Of a DNA stretch of 64,000 nucleotides, positions 15,001 through 30,000 are shown in pieces (the first letter of the stretch is position 1; every line of letters starts with the position of its first letter). The stretch is from Eledone cirrhosa (taxonomy: Eukaryota), in the NCBI GenBank assembly GCA_964016885.1, contig OZ024740.1, positions 442,804,003 to 442,868,002 of the forward strand, written 5' to 3'. Made by a program: the position numbers and the translations under genes. A model generated the notes under the pieces. The model did no database searches. It saw only the letters and a program-made list of their open reading frames with translations, and was not told where the DNA came from.

Positions 15001-18000
15001 CTGACACCCAGGGCAAGTAAACTCCGTTATATACCGAGTGTCTTCCTGACACCCAGGGCAAGTAAAGCCCATTATATACCGAGTGTCTTCCTGACACCCA
15101 GGGCAAGCAAACCCCGTTATATACCGAGTGTCTTCCTGACAGCGAGGGCAAGTAAACCCCGTTATATACCGAGTTTCTTCCTGACACCCAGGGCAAGTAA
15201 ACCCCGTTATATACCGAGTGTCTTCCTGACACCCAGGGCAAGTAATCTCCTATATATCAAGTGTCTTTCTGACACCCAGGGCAAGAAAACCCCGTTATAT
15301 ACCGAGTGTCTTCCTGACACCCAGGGCAAGTAAACCCCGTTATATACCGAGTGTCTTCCTGACACCCAGGGCAAGTAAACCCCGTCATATACCGAGTGTC
15401 TTCCTGACACCCAGGGCAAATAAACCCCGTTATATACCGAGTGTCTTCCTGACACCCAGGGCAAGTAAACTCCTTTATGTATCAAGTGTCTTTCTGACAC
15501 CCAGGGCAAGTAAAGCCCATTATATACCGAGTGTCTTCCTGACACCCAGGGCAAGTAAACCCCGTTATATACCGAGTGTCTTCCTGACACCCAGGGCAAG
15601 TAAACTCCGTTATATACCGAGTGTCTTCCTGACACCCAAGGCAAGTAAACTCCGTTATATACCGAGTGTCTTCCTGACACCCAGGGCAAGTAAACCCCGT
15701 TATATACCGAGTGTCTTCCTGACACCCAGGGCAAGTAAGCCCCGTTATATACTGAGTGTCTTCCTGACACCCAGGGCAAGTAAACCCCGTTATATACCAA
15801 GTGCCTTCCTGACACCCAGGGCAAGTAAACCCCGATATATACCGAGTGTCTTCCTGACACCCAAGGCAAGTAAACTCCGTTATATACCGAATGTCTTCCT
15901 GACACCCAGGGCAAGTAAACCCCGTTATATACCAAGTGTCTTCTTGACACCCAGGGCAAGTAAACCCCGTTATATACCGAGTGTCTTCCTGACACCCAAG
16001 GCAAGTAAACTCCGTTATATACCGAGTGTCTTCCTGGCACCCAGCGCAAGTAAACCCCGTTATATACCGATTGTCTTCCTGACACCCAGGGCAAGTAAAC
16101 CCCGTTATATACCGAGTGTCTTCCTGACACCCAGGGCAAGTAATCTCCTTTATATATCAAGTGTCTTTCTGACACCCAGGGCAAGTAAACCCCGTTATAT
16201 ACCGAGTGTCTTCCTGACACCCAGAGCAAGTAAACCCCGTTATATACCGAGTGTCTTCCTGACACCCAAGGCAAGTAAACTCCGTTATATACCGAGTGTC
16301 TTCCTGACACCCAGGGCTAGTAAACCCCGTTATATACCGAGTGTCTTCCTGAAACCCAGGGCAAGTAAACTCCGTTATATACCGAGTGTCTTCCTGACAG
16401 CGAGGGCAAGTAAACCCCGTTATATACCGAGTGTCTTCCTGACACCCAAGGCAAGTAAACTCTGTTATATACCGAGTGTCTTCCTCACACCCAGGGCAAG
16501 TAATCTCCTTTATATATCAAGTGTCTTTCTGACACCCAGGGCAAGTAAAGCCCATTATATACCGAGTGTCTTCCTGACACCCAGGGCAAGTAAACCCCGT
16601 TATATACCGAGTGTCTTCCTGACACCCAGGGCAAGTAAACTCCGTTATATACCGAGTGTCTTCCTGACACCCAAGGCAAGTAAACTCCGTTATATACCGA
16701 GTGTCTTCCTGACACCCAGGGCAAGTAAACCCCGTTATATACCGAGTGTCTTCCTGACACCCAGGGCAAGTAAGCCCCGTTATATACTCTAGTGTCTTCC
16801 TGACACCCAGGGCAAGTAAACCCCGTTATATACCAAGTGCCTTCCTGACACCCAGGGCAAGTAAACTCCGTTATATACCGAGTGTCTTCCTGACACCCAG
16901 GGCAAGTAAACTCCGTTATGTACCGAGTGTCTTCCTGACACGCAGAGCAAGTAAAGCCCGTTATATACCGAGTGTCTTCTTGACACCCAGGGCAAGTAAA
17001 CCCCGTTATATACCGAGTGTCTTCTTGACACCCAGGGCAAGTAAACCCCGATATATACCGAGTGTCTTCCTGACACCCAGGGCAAGTAAACTCCGTTATA
17101 TACCGAGTGTCTTCCTGACACCCAGGGCAAGTAAACCCCGTTATATACCAAGTGTCTTCTTGACACCCAGGGCAAGTAAACCCCGTTATATACCGAGTGT
17201 CTTCCTGACACCCAAGGCAAGTAAACTCCGTTATATACCGAGTGTCTTCCTGGCACCCAGGGCAAGTAAACCCCGTTATATACCGAGTGTCTTCCTGACA
17301 CCCAGGGCAAGTAAACCCCGTTATATACCGAGTGTCTTCCTGACACCCAGGGCAAGTAATCTCCTTTATATATCAAGTGTCTTTCTGAACCCAGGGCAAG
17401 TAAACCCCGTTATATACCGAGTGTCTTCCTGACACCCAGGGCAAGTAAACCCCGTTATATACCGAGTGTCTTCCTGACACCCAAGGCAAGTAAACTCCGT
17501 TATATACCGAGTTTCTTCCTCACACCCAGGGCAAGTAAACCCCGTTATATACCGAGTGTCTTCCTGACACCCAGGTCAAGTAAACTCCGTTATATACCGA
17601 GTGTCTTCCTGACAGCGAGGGCAAGTAAACCCCGTTATATACCCAGTGTCTTCCTGACACCCAAGGCAAGTAAACTCTGTTATATACCGAGTGTCTTCCT
17701 GACACCCAGGGCAAGTAAACTCCGTTATATACCGAGTGTCTTCCTGACACCCAGGGCAAGTAAAGCCCGTTATATACCGAGTGTCTTCCTGACACCCAGG
17801 GCAAGTAAACCCCGTTATATACCGAGTGTCTTCCTGACAGCGAGGGCAAGTAAACCCCGTTATATACCGAGTGTCTTCCTGACATCCAAGGCAAGTAAAC
17901 TCTGTTATATACCGAGTGTCTTCCTGACACCCAGGGCAAGTAAACTCCGTTATATACCGAGTGTCTTCCTGACACCCAGGGCAAGTAAAGCCCATTATAT

Positions 18001-21000
18001 ACCGAGTGTCTTCCTGACACCCAGGGCAAGCAAACCCCGTTATATACCGAGTGTCTTCCTGACAGCGAGGGCAAGTAAACCCCGTTATATACCGAGTTTC
18101 TTCCTGACACCCAGGGCAAGTAAACCCCGTTATATACCGAGTGTCTTCCTGACACCCAGGGCAAGTAATCTCCTATATATCAAGTGTCTTTCTGACACCC
18201 AGGGCAAGAAAACCCCGTTATATACCGAGTGTCTTCCTGACAGCGAGGGCAAGTAAACCCCGTTATATACCGAGTGTCTTCCTGACACCCAAGGCAAGTA
18301 AACTCTGTTATATACCGAGTGTCTTCCTCACACCCAGGGCAAGTAATCTCCTTTATATATCAAGTGTCTTTCTGACACCCAGGGCAAGTAAAGCCCATTA
18401 TATACCGAGTGTCTTCCTGACACCCAGGGCAAGTAAACCCCGTTATATACCGAGTGTCTTCCTGACACCCAGGGCAAGTAAACTCCGTTATATACCGAGT
18501 GTCTTCCTGACACCCAAGGCAAGTAAACTCCGTTATATACCGAGTGTCTTCCTGACACCCAGGGCAAGTAAACCCCGTTATATACCGAGTGTCTTCCTGA
18601 CACCCAGGGCAAGTAAGCCCCGTTATATACTCTAGTGTCTTCCTGACACCCAGGGCAAGTAAACCCCGTTATATACCAAGTGCCTTCCTGACACCCAGGG
18701 CAAGTAAACTCCGTTATATACCGAGTGTCTTCCTGACACCCAGGGCAAGTAAACTCCGTTATGTACCGAGTGTCTTCCTGACACGCAGAGCAAGTAAAGC
18801 CCGTTATATACCGAGTGTCTTCTTGACACCCAGGGCAAGTAAACCCCGTTATATACCGAGTGTCTTCTTGACACCCAGGGCAAGTAAACCCCGATATATA
18901 CCGAGTGTCTTCCTGACACCCAGGGCAAGTAAACTCCGTTATATACCGAGTGTCTTCCTGACACCCAGGGCAAGTAAACCCCGTTATATACCAAGTGTCT
19001 TCTTGACACCCAGGGCAAGTAAACCCCGTTATATACCGAGTGTCTTCCTGACACCCAAGGCAAGTAAACTCCGTTATATACCGAGTGTCTTCCTGGCACC
19101 CAGGGCAAGTAAACCCCGTTATATACCGAGTGTCTTCCTGACACCCAGGGCAAGTAAACCCCGTTATATACCGAGTGTCTTCCTGACACCCAGGGCAAGT
19201 AATCTCCTTTATATATCAAGTGTCTTTCTGAACCCAGGGCAAGTAAACCCCGTTATATACCGAGTGTCTTCCTGACACCCAGGGCAAGTAAACCCCGTTA
19301 TATACCGAGTGTCTTCCTGACACCCAAGGCAAGTAAACTCCGTTATATACCGAGTTTCTTCCTCACACCCAGGGCAAGTAAACCCCGTTATATACCGAGT
19401 GTCTTCCTGACACCCAGGTCAAGTAAACTCCGTTATATACCGAGTGTCTTCCTGACAGCGAGGGCAAGTAAACCCCGTTATATACCCAGTGTCTTCCTGA
19501 CACCCAAGGCAAGTAAACTCTGTTATATACCGAGTGTCTTCCTGACACCCAGGGCAAGTAAACTCCGTTATATACCGAGTGTCTTCCTGACACCCAGGGC
19601 AAGTAAAGCCCGTTATATACCGAGTGTCTTCCTGACACCCAGGGCAAGTAAACCCCGTTATATACCGAGTGTCTTCCTGACAGCGAGGGCAAGTAAACCC
19701 CGTTATATACCGAGTGTCTTCCTGACATCCAAGGCAAGTAAACTCTGTTATATACCGAGTGTCTTCCTGACACCCAGGGCAAGTAAACTCCGTTATATAC
19801 CGAGTGTCTTCCTGACACCCAGGGCAAGTAAAGCCCATTATATACCGAGTGTCTTCCTGACACCCAGGGCAAGCAAACCCCGTTATATACCGAGTGTCTT
19901 CCTGACAGCGAGGGCAAGTAAACCCCGTTATATACCGAGTTTCTTCCTGACACCCAGGGCAAGTAAACCCCGTTATATACCGAGTGTCTTCCTGACACCC
20001 AGGGCAAGTAATCTCCTATATATCAAGTGTCTTTCTGACACCCAGGGCAAGAAAACCCCGTTATATACCGAGTGTCTTCCTGACACCCAGGGCAAGTAAA
20101 CCCCGTTATATACCGAGTGTCTTCCTGACACCCAGGGCAAGTAAACCCCGTCATATACCGAGTGTCTTCCTGACACCCAGGGCAAATAAACCCCGTTATA
20201 TACCGAGTGTCTTCCTGACACCCAGGGCAAGTAAACTCCTTTATGTATCAAGTGTCTTTCTGACACCCAGGGCAAGTAAAGCCCATTATATACCGAGTGT
20301 CTTCCTGACACCCAGGGCAAGTAAACCCCGTTATATACCGAGTGTCTTCCTGACACCCAGGGCAAGTAAACTCCGTTATATACCGAGTGTCTTCCTGACA
20401 CCCAAGGCAAGTAAACTCCGTTATATACCGAGTGTCTTCCTGACACCCAGGGCAAGTAAACCCCGTTATATACCGAGTGTCTTCCTGACACCCAGGGCAA
20501 GTAAGCCCCGTTATATACTGAGTGTCTTCCTGACACCCAGGGCAAGTAAACCCCGTTATATACCAAGTGCCTTCCTGACACCCAGGGCAAGTAAACCCCG
20601 ATATATACCGAGTGTCTTCCTGACACCCAAGGCAAGTAAACTCCGTTATATACCGAATGTCTTCCTGACACCCAGGGCAAGTAAACCCCGTTATATACCA
20701 AGTGTCTTCTTGACACCCAGGGCAAGTAAACCCCGTTATATACCGAGTGTCTTCCTGACACCCAAGGCAAGTAAACTCCGTTATATACCGAGTGTCTTCC
20801 TGGCACCCAGCGCAAGTAAACCCCGTTATATACCGATTGTCTTCCTGACACCCAGGGCAAGTAAACCCCGTTATATACCGAGTGTCTTCCTGACACCCAG
20901 GGCAAGTAATCTCCTTTATATATCAAGTGTCTTTCTGACACCCAGGGCAAGTAAACCCCGTTATATACCGAGTGTCTTCCTGACACCCAGAGCAAGTAAA

Positions 21001-24000
21001 CCCCGTTATATACCGAGTGTCTTCCTGACACCCAAGGCAAGTAAACTCCGTTATATACCGAGTGTCTTCCTGACACCCAGGGCTAGTAAACCCCGTTATA
21101 TACCGAGTGTCTTCCTGAAACCCAGGGCAAGTAAACTCCGTTATATACCGAGTGTCTTCCTGACAGCGAGGGCAAGTAAACCCCGTTATATACCGAGTGT
21201 CTTCCTGACACCCAAGGCAAGTAAACTCTGTTATATACCGAGTGTCTTCCTGACACCCAGGGCAAGTAAACTCCGTTATATACCGAGTGTCTTCCTGACA
21301 CCAGGGCAAGTAAAGCCCGTTATATACCGATTGTCTTCCTGACACCCAGGGCAAGTAAACCCCGTTATATACCGAGTGTCTTCCTGACAGCGAGGGCAAG
21401 TAAAACCCGTTATATACCGAGTGTCTTCCTGACACCCAGGGCAAGTAAACCCCGTTATATACCGAGTGTCTTCCTGACAGCCAGGGCAAGAAAACCCCGT
21501 TATATACCGAGTGTCTTCCTGACACCCAGGGCAAGTAATCTCCTATATATCAAGTGTCTTTCTGACACCCAGGGCAAGAAAACCCCGTTATATACCGAGT
21601 GTCTTCCTGACACCCAGGGCAAGTAAACCCCGTTATATACCGAGTGTCTTCCTGACACCCAGGGCAAGTAAAGCCCGTTATATACCGAGTGTCTTCCTGA
21701 CACCCAGGGCAAGTAAACCCCGTTATATACCGAGTGTCTTCCTGACAGCGAGGGCAAGTAAACCCCTTTATATACCGAGTGTCTTCCTGACATCCAAGGC
21801 AAGTAAACCCCGTTATATACCGAGTGTCTTCCTGACACCCAGGGCAAGTAAACCCCGTCATATACCGAGTGTCTTCCTGACACCCAGGGCAAGTAATCTC
21901 CTTTATATATCAAGTGTCTTTCTGACACCCAGGGCAAGTAAAGCCAATTATATACCGAGTGTCTTCCTGACACCCAGGGCAAGTATATCCCGTTATATAC
22001 CGAGTGTCTTCCTGACACCCAGGGCAAGTAAACTCCGTTATATACCGAGTGTCTTCCTGACACCCAAGGCAAGTAAACTCCGTTATATACCGAGTGTCTT
22101 CCTGACACCCAGGGCAAGTAAACCCCATTATATACCGAGTGTCTTCCTGACACCCAGGGCAAGTAAGCCCCGTTATATACTGAGTGTCTTCCTGACACCC
22201 AGGGCAAGTAATCTCCTTTATATATCAAGTGTTTTCTGACACCCAGGGCAAGTAAACCCCGTTATATACCGAGTGTCTTCCTGACACCCAGGGCAAGTAA
22301 ACCCCGTTATATACCGAGTGTCTTCCTGACACCCAGGGAAAGTAAAGCCCGTTATATACCGAGTGTCTTCCTGACACCCAAGGCAAGTAAACTCCGTTAT
22401 ATACCGAGTGTCTTCCTGACACCCAGGGCAAGTAAACCCCGTTATATACCGAGTGTCTTCCTGACAGCGAGGGCAAGTAAACCCCTTTATATACCGAGTG
22501 TCTTCCTGACATCCAAGGCAAGTAAACTCTGTTATATACCGAGTGTCTTCCTGACACCCAGGGCAAGTAAACTCCGTTATATACCGAGTGTCTTCCTGAC
22601 ACCCAGGGCAAGTAAACCCCGTTATATACCGAGTGTCTTCCTGACATCCAGGGCAAGTAAACCCCGTTATATACCGAGTGTCTTCCTGACACCCAGGGCA
22701 AGTAAACTCCTTTATATATCAAGTGTCTTTCTGACACCCAGGGCATGAAAACCCCGTTATATACCGAGTGTCTTCCTGACACCCAGGGCAAGTAAACCCC
22801 GTTATATACCGAGTGTCTTCCTGACACCCAGGGCAAGTAAACCCCGTCATATACCGAGTGTCTTCCTGACACCCAGGGCAAATAAACCCCGTTATATACC
22901 GAGTGTCTTCCTGACACCCAGGGCAAGTAAACTCCTTTATATACCGAGTGTCTTCCTGACACCCAAGGCAAGTAAACTCCGTTATATACCGAGTGTCTTC
23001 CTGACACCCAGGGCAAGTAAGCCCCGTTATATACTGAGTGTCTTCCTGACACCCAGGGCAAGTAAACCCCGTTATATACCGAGTGTCTTCCTGACACCCA
23101 GGGCAAGTAAACCCCGTTATATACCGAGTGTCTTCCTGACACCCAGGGCAAGTAAGCCCCGTTATATACTGAGTGTCTTCCTGACACCCAGGGCAAGTAA
23201 ACCCCGTTATATACCAAGTGCCTTCCTGACACCCAGGGCAAGTAAACTCCGTTATATACCGAGTGTCTTCCTGACACCCAGGGCAAGTAAACTCCGTTAT
23301 GTACCGAGTGTCTTCCTGACACCCAGAGCAAGTAAAGCCCGTTATATACCGAGTGTCTTCTTGACACCCAGGGCAAGTAAACCCCGTTATATACCGAGTG
23401 TCTTCTTGACACCCAGGGCAAGTAAACCCCGATATATACCGAGTGTCTTCCTGACACCCAGGGCAAGTAAACTCCGTTATATACCGAGTGTCTTCCTGAC
23501 ACCCAGAGCAAGTAAAGCCCGTTATATACCGAGTGTCTTCTTGACACCCAGGGCAAGTAAACCCCGTTATATACCGAGTGTCTTCTTGACACCCAGGGCA
23601 AGTAAACCCCGTTATATACCAAGTGTCTTCTTGACACCCAGGGCAAGTAAACCCCGTTATATACCGAGTGTCTTCCTGACACCCAAGGCATGTAAACTCC
23701 GTTATATACCGAGTGTCTTCCTGGCACCCAGGGCAAGTAAACCCCGTTATATACCGAGTGTCTTCCTGACCACCAGGGCAAGTAAACCCCGTTTTATACC
23801 GAGTGTCTTCCTGACACCCAGGGCAAGTAAACCCCGTTATATACCGAGTGTCTTCCTGACACCCAGGGCAAGTAATCTCCTTTATATATCAAGTGTCTTT
23901 CTCACACCCAGGGCAAGTAAACCCCGTTATATACCGAGTGTCTTCCTGAAACCCAGGGCAAGTAAACCCCGTTATATACCGAGTGTCTTCCTGACACCCA

Positions 24001-27000
24001 GGGCTAGTAAACCCCGTTATATACCGAGTGTCTTCCTGAAACCCAGGGCAAGTAAACTCCGTTATATACCGAGTGTCTTCCTGACAGCGAGGGCAAGTAA
24101 ACCCCGTTATATACCGAGTATATTCCTGACACCCAAGGCAAGTAAACTCTGTTATATACCGAGTGTCTTCCTGACACCCAGGGCAAGTAAACTCCGTTAT
24201 ATACCGAGTGTCTTCCTGACACCAGGGCAAGTAAAGCCCGTTATATACCGAGTGTCTTCCTGACACCCAGGGCAAGTAAACCCCGTTATATACCGATGTC
24301 TTCCTGACAGCGAGGGCAAGTAAACCCCGTTATATACCGAGTGTCTTCCTGACACCCAGGGCAAGTAAACCCCGTTATATACCGAGTGTCTTCCTGACAC
24401 CCAGGGCAAGAAAACCCCGTTATATACCGAGTGTCTTCCTGACACCCAGGGCAAGTAATCTCCTATATATCAAGTGTCTTTCTGACACCCAGGGCAAGAA
24501 AACCCCGTTATATACCGAGTGTCTTCCTGACACCCAGGGCAAGTAAACCCCGTTATATACCGAGTGTCTTCCTGACACCCAGGGCAAGTAAACCCCGTCA
24601 TATACCGAGTGTCTTCCTGACACCCAGGGCAAGTAAGCCCCGTTATATACTGAGTCTCTTCCTGACACCCAGGGCAAGTAGTCTCCTTTATATATCAAGT
24701 GTCTTTCTGACACCCAGGGCAAGTAAACCCCGTTATATACCGAGTGTCTTCCTGACACCCAGGGCAAGTAAACCCCGTTATATACCGAGTGTCTTCCTGA
24801 CACCCAGGGCAAGTAAACCCCGTTATATACCGAGTGTCTTCCTGACACCCAAGGCAAGTAAACTCCGTTATATACCGAGTGTCTTCCTGACACCCAGGGC
24901 AAGTAAACCCCGTTATATACCGAGTGACTTCCTGACACCCAGGGCAAGTAAACCCCGTTATATACCGAGTGTCTTCCTGACACCCAAGGCAAGTAAACTC
25001 CGTTATATACCGAGTGTCTTCCTGACACCCAGGGCAAGTAAACCCCGTTATATACCGAGTGTCTTCCTGACACCCAGGGCAAGTAAACTCCGTTATATAC
25101 CGAGTGTCTTCCTGACAGCGAGGGCAAGTAAACCCCGTTATATACTGAGTGTCTTCGTGACACCCAAGGCAAGTAAACTCTGTTATATACCGAGTGTCTT
25201 CCTGACACCCAGGGCAATTAAACTCCGTTATATACCGAGTGTCTTCCTGACACCCAGGGCAAGTAAAGCCCGTTATATACCGAGTGTCTTCCTGACACCC
25301 AGGGCAAGTAAACCCCGTTATATACCGAGTGTCTTCCTGACAGCGAGGGCAAGTAAACCCCGTTATATACCGAGTGTCTTCCTGACATCCAAGGCAAGTA
25401 AACTCTGTTATATACCGAGTGTCTTCCTGACACCCAGGGCAAGTAAACTCCGTTATATACCGAGTGTCTTCCTGACACCCAGGGCAAGTAAACCCCGTTA
25501 TATACCGAGTGTCTTCCTGACACCCAGGGCAAGTAAACCCCGTTATATACCGAGTGTCTTCCTGACACCCAGGGCAAGTAAACTCCTTTATATATCAAGT
25601 GTCTTTCTGACACCCAGGGCATGAAAACCCCGTTATATACCGAGTGTCTTCCTGACACCCAGGGCAAGTAAACCCCGTTATATACCGAGTGTCTTCCTGA
25701 CACCCAGGGCAAGTAAACCCCGTTATATACCGAGTGTCTTCCTGACATCCAAGGCAAGTAAACTCTGTTATATACCGAGTGTCTTCCTGACACCCAGGGC
25801 AAGTAAACTCCGTTATATACCGAGTGTCTTCCTGACACCCAGGGCAAGTAAACCCCGTTATATACCGAGTGTCTTCCTGACACCCAGGGCAAGTAAACCC
25901 CGTTATATACCGAGTGTCTTCCTGACACCCAGGGCAAGTAAACTCCTTTATATATCAAGTGTCTTTCTGACACCCAGGGCATGAAAACCCCGTTATATAC
26001 CGAGTGTCTTCCTGACACCCAGGGCAAGTAAACACCGTTATATACCGAGTGTCTTCCTGACACCCAGGGCAAGTAAACCCCGTCATATACCGAGTGTCTT
26101 CCTGACACCCAGGGCAAATAAACCCCGTTATATACCGAGTGTCTTCCTGACACCCAGGGCAAGTAAACCCCGTCATATACCGAGTGTCTTCCTGACACCC
26201 AGGGCAAATAAACCCCGTTATATACCGAGTGTCTTTCTGACACCCAGGGCAACTAAAGCCCATTATATACCGAGTGTCTTCCTGACACCCAGGGCAAGTA
26301 AACCCCGTTATATACCGAGTGTCTTCCTGACACCCAGGGCAAGTAAACTCCGTTATATACCGAGTGTCTTCCTGACACCCAAGGCAAGTAAACTCCGTTA
26401 TATACCGAGTGTCTTCCTGACACCCAGGGCAAGTAAACCCCGTTATATACCGAGTGTCTTCCTGACACCCAGGGCAAGTAAGCCCCGTTATATACTGAGT
26501 GTCTTCCTGACACCCAGGGCAAGTAAACCCCGTTATATACCAAGTGCCTTCCTGACACCCAGGGCAAGTAAACTCCGTTATATACCGAGTGTCTTCCTGA
26601 CACCCAGGGCAAGTAAACTCCGTTATGTACCGAGTGTCTTCCTGACACCCAGAGCAAGTAAAGCCCGTTATATACCGAGTGTCTTCTTGACACCCAGGGC
26701 AAGTAAACCCCGTTATATACCGAGTGTTTTCTTGACACCCAGGGCAAGTAAACCCCGATATATACCGAGTGTCTTCCTGACACCCAGGGCAAGTAAACTC
26801 CGTTATATACCGAATGTCTTCCTGACACCCAGGGCAAGTAAACCCCGTTATATACCAAGTGTCTTCTTGACACCCAGGGCAAGTAAACCCCGTTATATAC
26901 CGAGTGTCTTCCTGACACCCAAGGCAAGTAAACTCCGTTATATACCGAGTGTCTTCCTGGCACCCAGGGCAAGTAAACCCCGTTATATACCGAGTGTCTT

Positions 27001-30000
27001 CCTGACACCCAGGGCAAGTAAACCCCGTTATATACCGAGTGTCTTCCTGACACCCAGGGCAAGTAAACCCCGTTATATACCGAGTGTCTTCTTGACACCC
27101 AGGGCAAGTAATCTCCTTTATATATCAAGTGTCTTTCTGACACCCAGGGCAAGTAAACCCCGTTATATACCGAGTGTCTTCCTGACACCCAGGGCAAGTA
27201 AACCCCGTTATATACCGAGTGTCTTCCTGACACCCAAGGCAAGTAAACTCCGTTATATACCGAGTGTCTTCCTGACACCCAGGGCTAGTAAACCCCGTTA
27301 TATACCGAGTGTCTTCCTGAAACCCAGGGCAAGTAAACTCCGTTATATACCGAGTGTCTTCCTGACAGCGAGGGCAAGTAAACCCCGTTATATACCGAGT
27401 GTCTTCCTGACACCCAAGGCAAGTAAACTCTGTTATATACCGAGTGTCTTCCTGACACCCAGGGCAAGTAAACTCCGTTATATACCGAGTGTCTTCCTGA
27501 CACCAGGGCAAGTAAAGCCCGTTATATACCGAGTGTCTTCCTGACACCCAGGGCAAGTAAACCCCGTTATATACCGAGTGTCTTCCTGACAGCGAGGGCA
27601 AGTAAACCCCGTTATATACCGAGTGTCTTCCTGACACCCAGGGCAAGTAAACCCCGTTATATACCGAGTGTCTTCCTGACACCCAGGGCAAGAAAACCCC
27701 GTTATATACCGAGTGTCTTCCTGACACCCAGGGCAAGTAATCTCCTATATATCAAGTGTCTTTCTGACACCTAGGGCAAGAAAACCCCGTTATATACCGA
27801 GTGTCTTCCTGACACCCAGGGCAAGTAAACCCCGTTATATACCGAGTGTCTTCCTGACACCCAGGGCAAGTAAACCCCGTCATATACCGAGTGTCTTCCT
27901 GACACCCAGGGCAAGTAAACCCCGTTATATACCGAGTGTCTTCCTGACACCCAGGGCAAGTAATCTCCTTTATATATCAAGTGTCTTTCTGACACCCAGG
28001 GCAAGTAAAGCCCATTATATACCGAGTGTCTTCCTGACACCCAGGGCAAGTAAACCCGGTTATATACCGAGTGTCTTCCTGACACCCAGGGCAAGTAAAC
28101 TCCGTTATATACCGAGTGTCTTCCTGACATCCAAGGCAAGTAAACTCTGTTATATACCGAGTGTCTTCCTGACACCCAGGGCAAGTAAACTCCGTTATAT
28201 ACTGAGTGTCTTCCTGACACCCAGGGCAAGTAAACCCCGTTATATACCGAGTGTCTTCCTGACACCCAGGGCAAGTAAACCCCGTTATATACCGAGTGTC
28301 TTCCTGACACCCAGGGCAAGTAAACTCCTTTATATATCAAGTGTCTTTCTGACACCCAGGGCATGAAAACCCCGTTATATACCGAGTGTCTTCCTGACAC
28401 CCAGGGCAAGTAAACCCCGTTATATACCGAGTGTCTTCCTGACACCCAGGGCAAGTAAACCCCGTCATATACCGAGTGTCTTCCTGACACCCAGGGCAAA
28501 TAAACCCCGTTATATACCGAGTGTCTTCCTGACACCCAGGGCAAGTAAACTCCTTTATATATCAAGTGTCTTTCTGACACCCAGGGCAACTAAAGCCCAT
28601 TATATACCGAGTGTCTTCCTGACACCCAGGGCAAGTAAACCCCGTTATATACCGAGTGTCTTCCTGACACCCAGGGCAAGTAAACTCCGTTATATACCGA
28701 GTGTCTTCCTGACACCCAAGGCAAGTAAACTCCGTTATATACCGAGTGTCTTCCTGACACCCAGGGCAAGTAAACCCCGTTATATACCGAGTGTCTTCCT
28801 GACACCCAGGGCAAGTAAGCCCCGTTATATACTGAGTGTCTTCCTGACACCCAGGGCAAGTAAACCCCGTTATATACCAAGTGCCTTCCTGACACCCAGG
28901 GCAAGTAAACTCCGTTATATACCGAGTGTCTTCCTGACACCCAGGGCAAGTAAACTCCGTTATGTACCGAGTGTCTTCCTGACACCCAGAGCAAGTAAAG
29001 CCCGTTATATACCGAGTGTCTTCTTGACACCCAGGGCAAGTAAACCCCGTTATATACCGAGTGTCTTCTTGACACCCAGGGCAAGTAAACCCCGATATAT
29101 ACCGAGTGTCTTCCTGACACCCAGGGCAAGTAAACTCCGTTATATACCGAATGTCTTCCTGACACCCAGGGCAAGTAAACCCCGTTATATACCAAGTGTC
29201 TTCTTGACACCCAGGGCAAGTAAACCCCGTTATATACCGAGTGTCTTCCTGACACCCAAGGCAAGTAAACTCCGTTATATACCGAGTGTCTTCCTGGCAC
29301 CCAGGGCAAGTAAACCCCGTTATATACCGAGTGTCTTCCTGACACCCAGGGCAAGTAAACCCCGTTATATACCGAGTGTCTTCCTGACACCCAGGGCAAG
29401 TAAACCCCGTTATATACCGAGTGTCTTCCTGACACCCAGGGCAAGTAATCTCCTTTATATATCAAGTGTCTTTCTGACACCCAGGGCAAGTAAACCCCGT
29501 TATATACCGAGTGTCTTCCTGACACCCAGGGCAAGTAAACCCCGTTATATACCGAGTGTCTTCCTGACACCCAAGGCAAGTAAACTCCGTTATATACCGA
29601 GTGTCTTCCTGACACCCAGGGCTAGTAAACCCCGTTATATACCGAGTGTCTTCCTGAAACCCAGGGCAAGTAAACTCCGTTATATACCGAGTGTCTTCCT
29701 GACAGCGAGGGCAAGTAAACCCCGTTATATACCGAGTGTCTTCCTGACACCCAAGGCAAGTAAACTCTGTTATATACCGAGTGTCTTCCTGACACCCAGG
29801 GCAAGTAAACTCCGTTATATACCGAGTGTCTTCCTGACACCAGGGCAAGTAAAGCCCGTTATATACCGAGTGTCTTCCTGACACCCAGGGCAAGTAAACC
29901 CCGTTATATACCGAGTGTCTTCCTGACAGCGAGGGCAAGTAAACCCCGTTATATACCGAGTGTCTTCCTGACACCCAGGGCAAGTAAACCCCGTTATATA

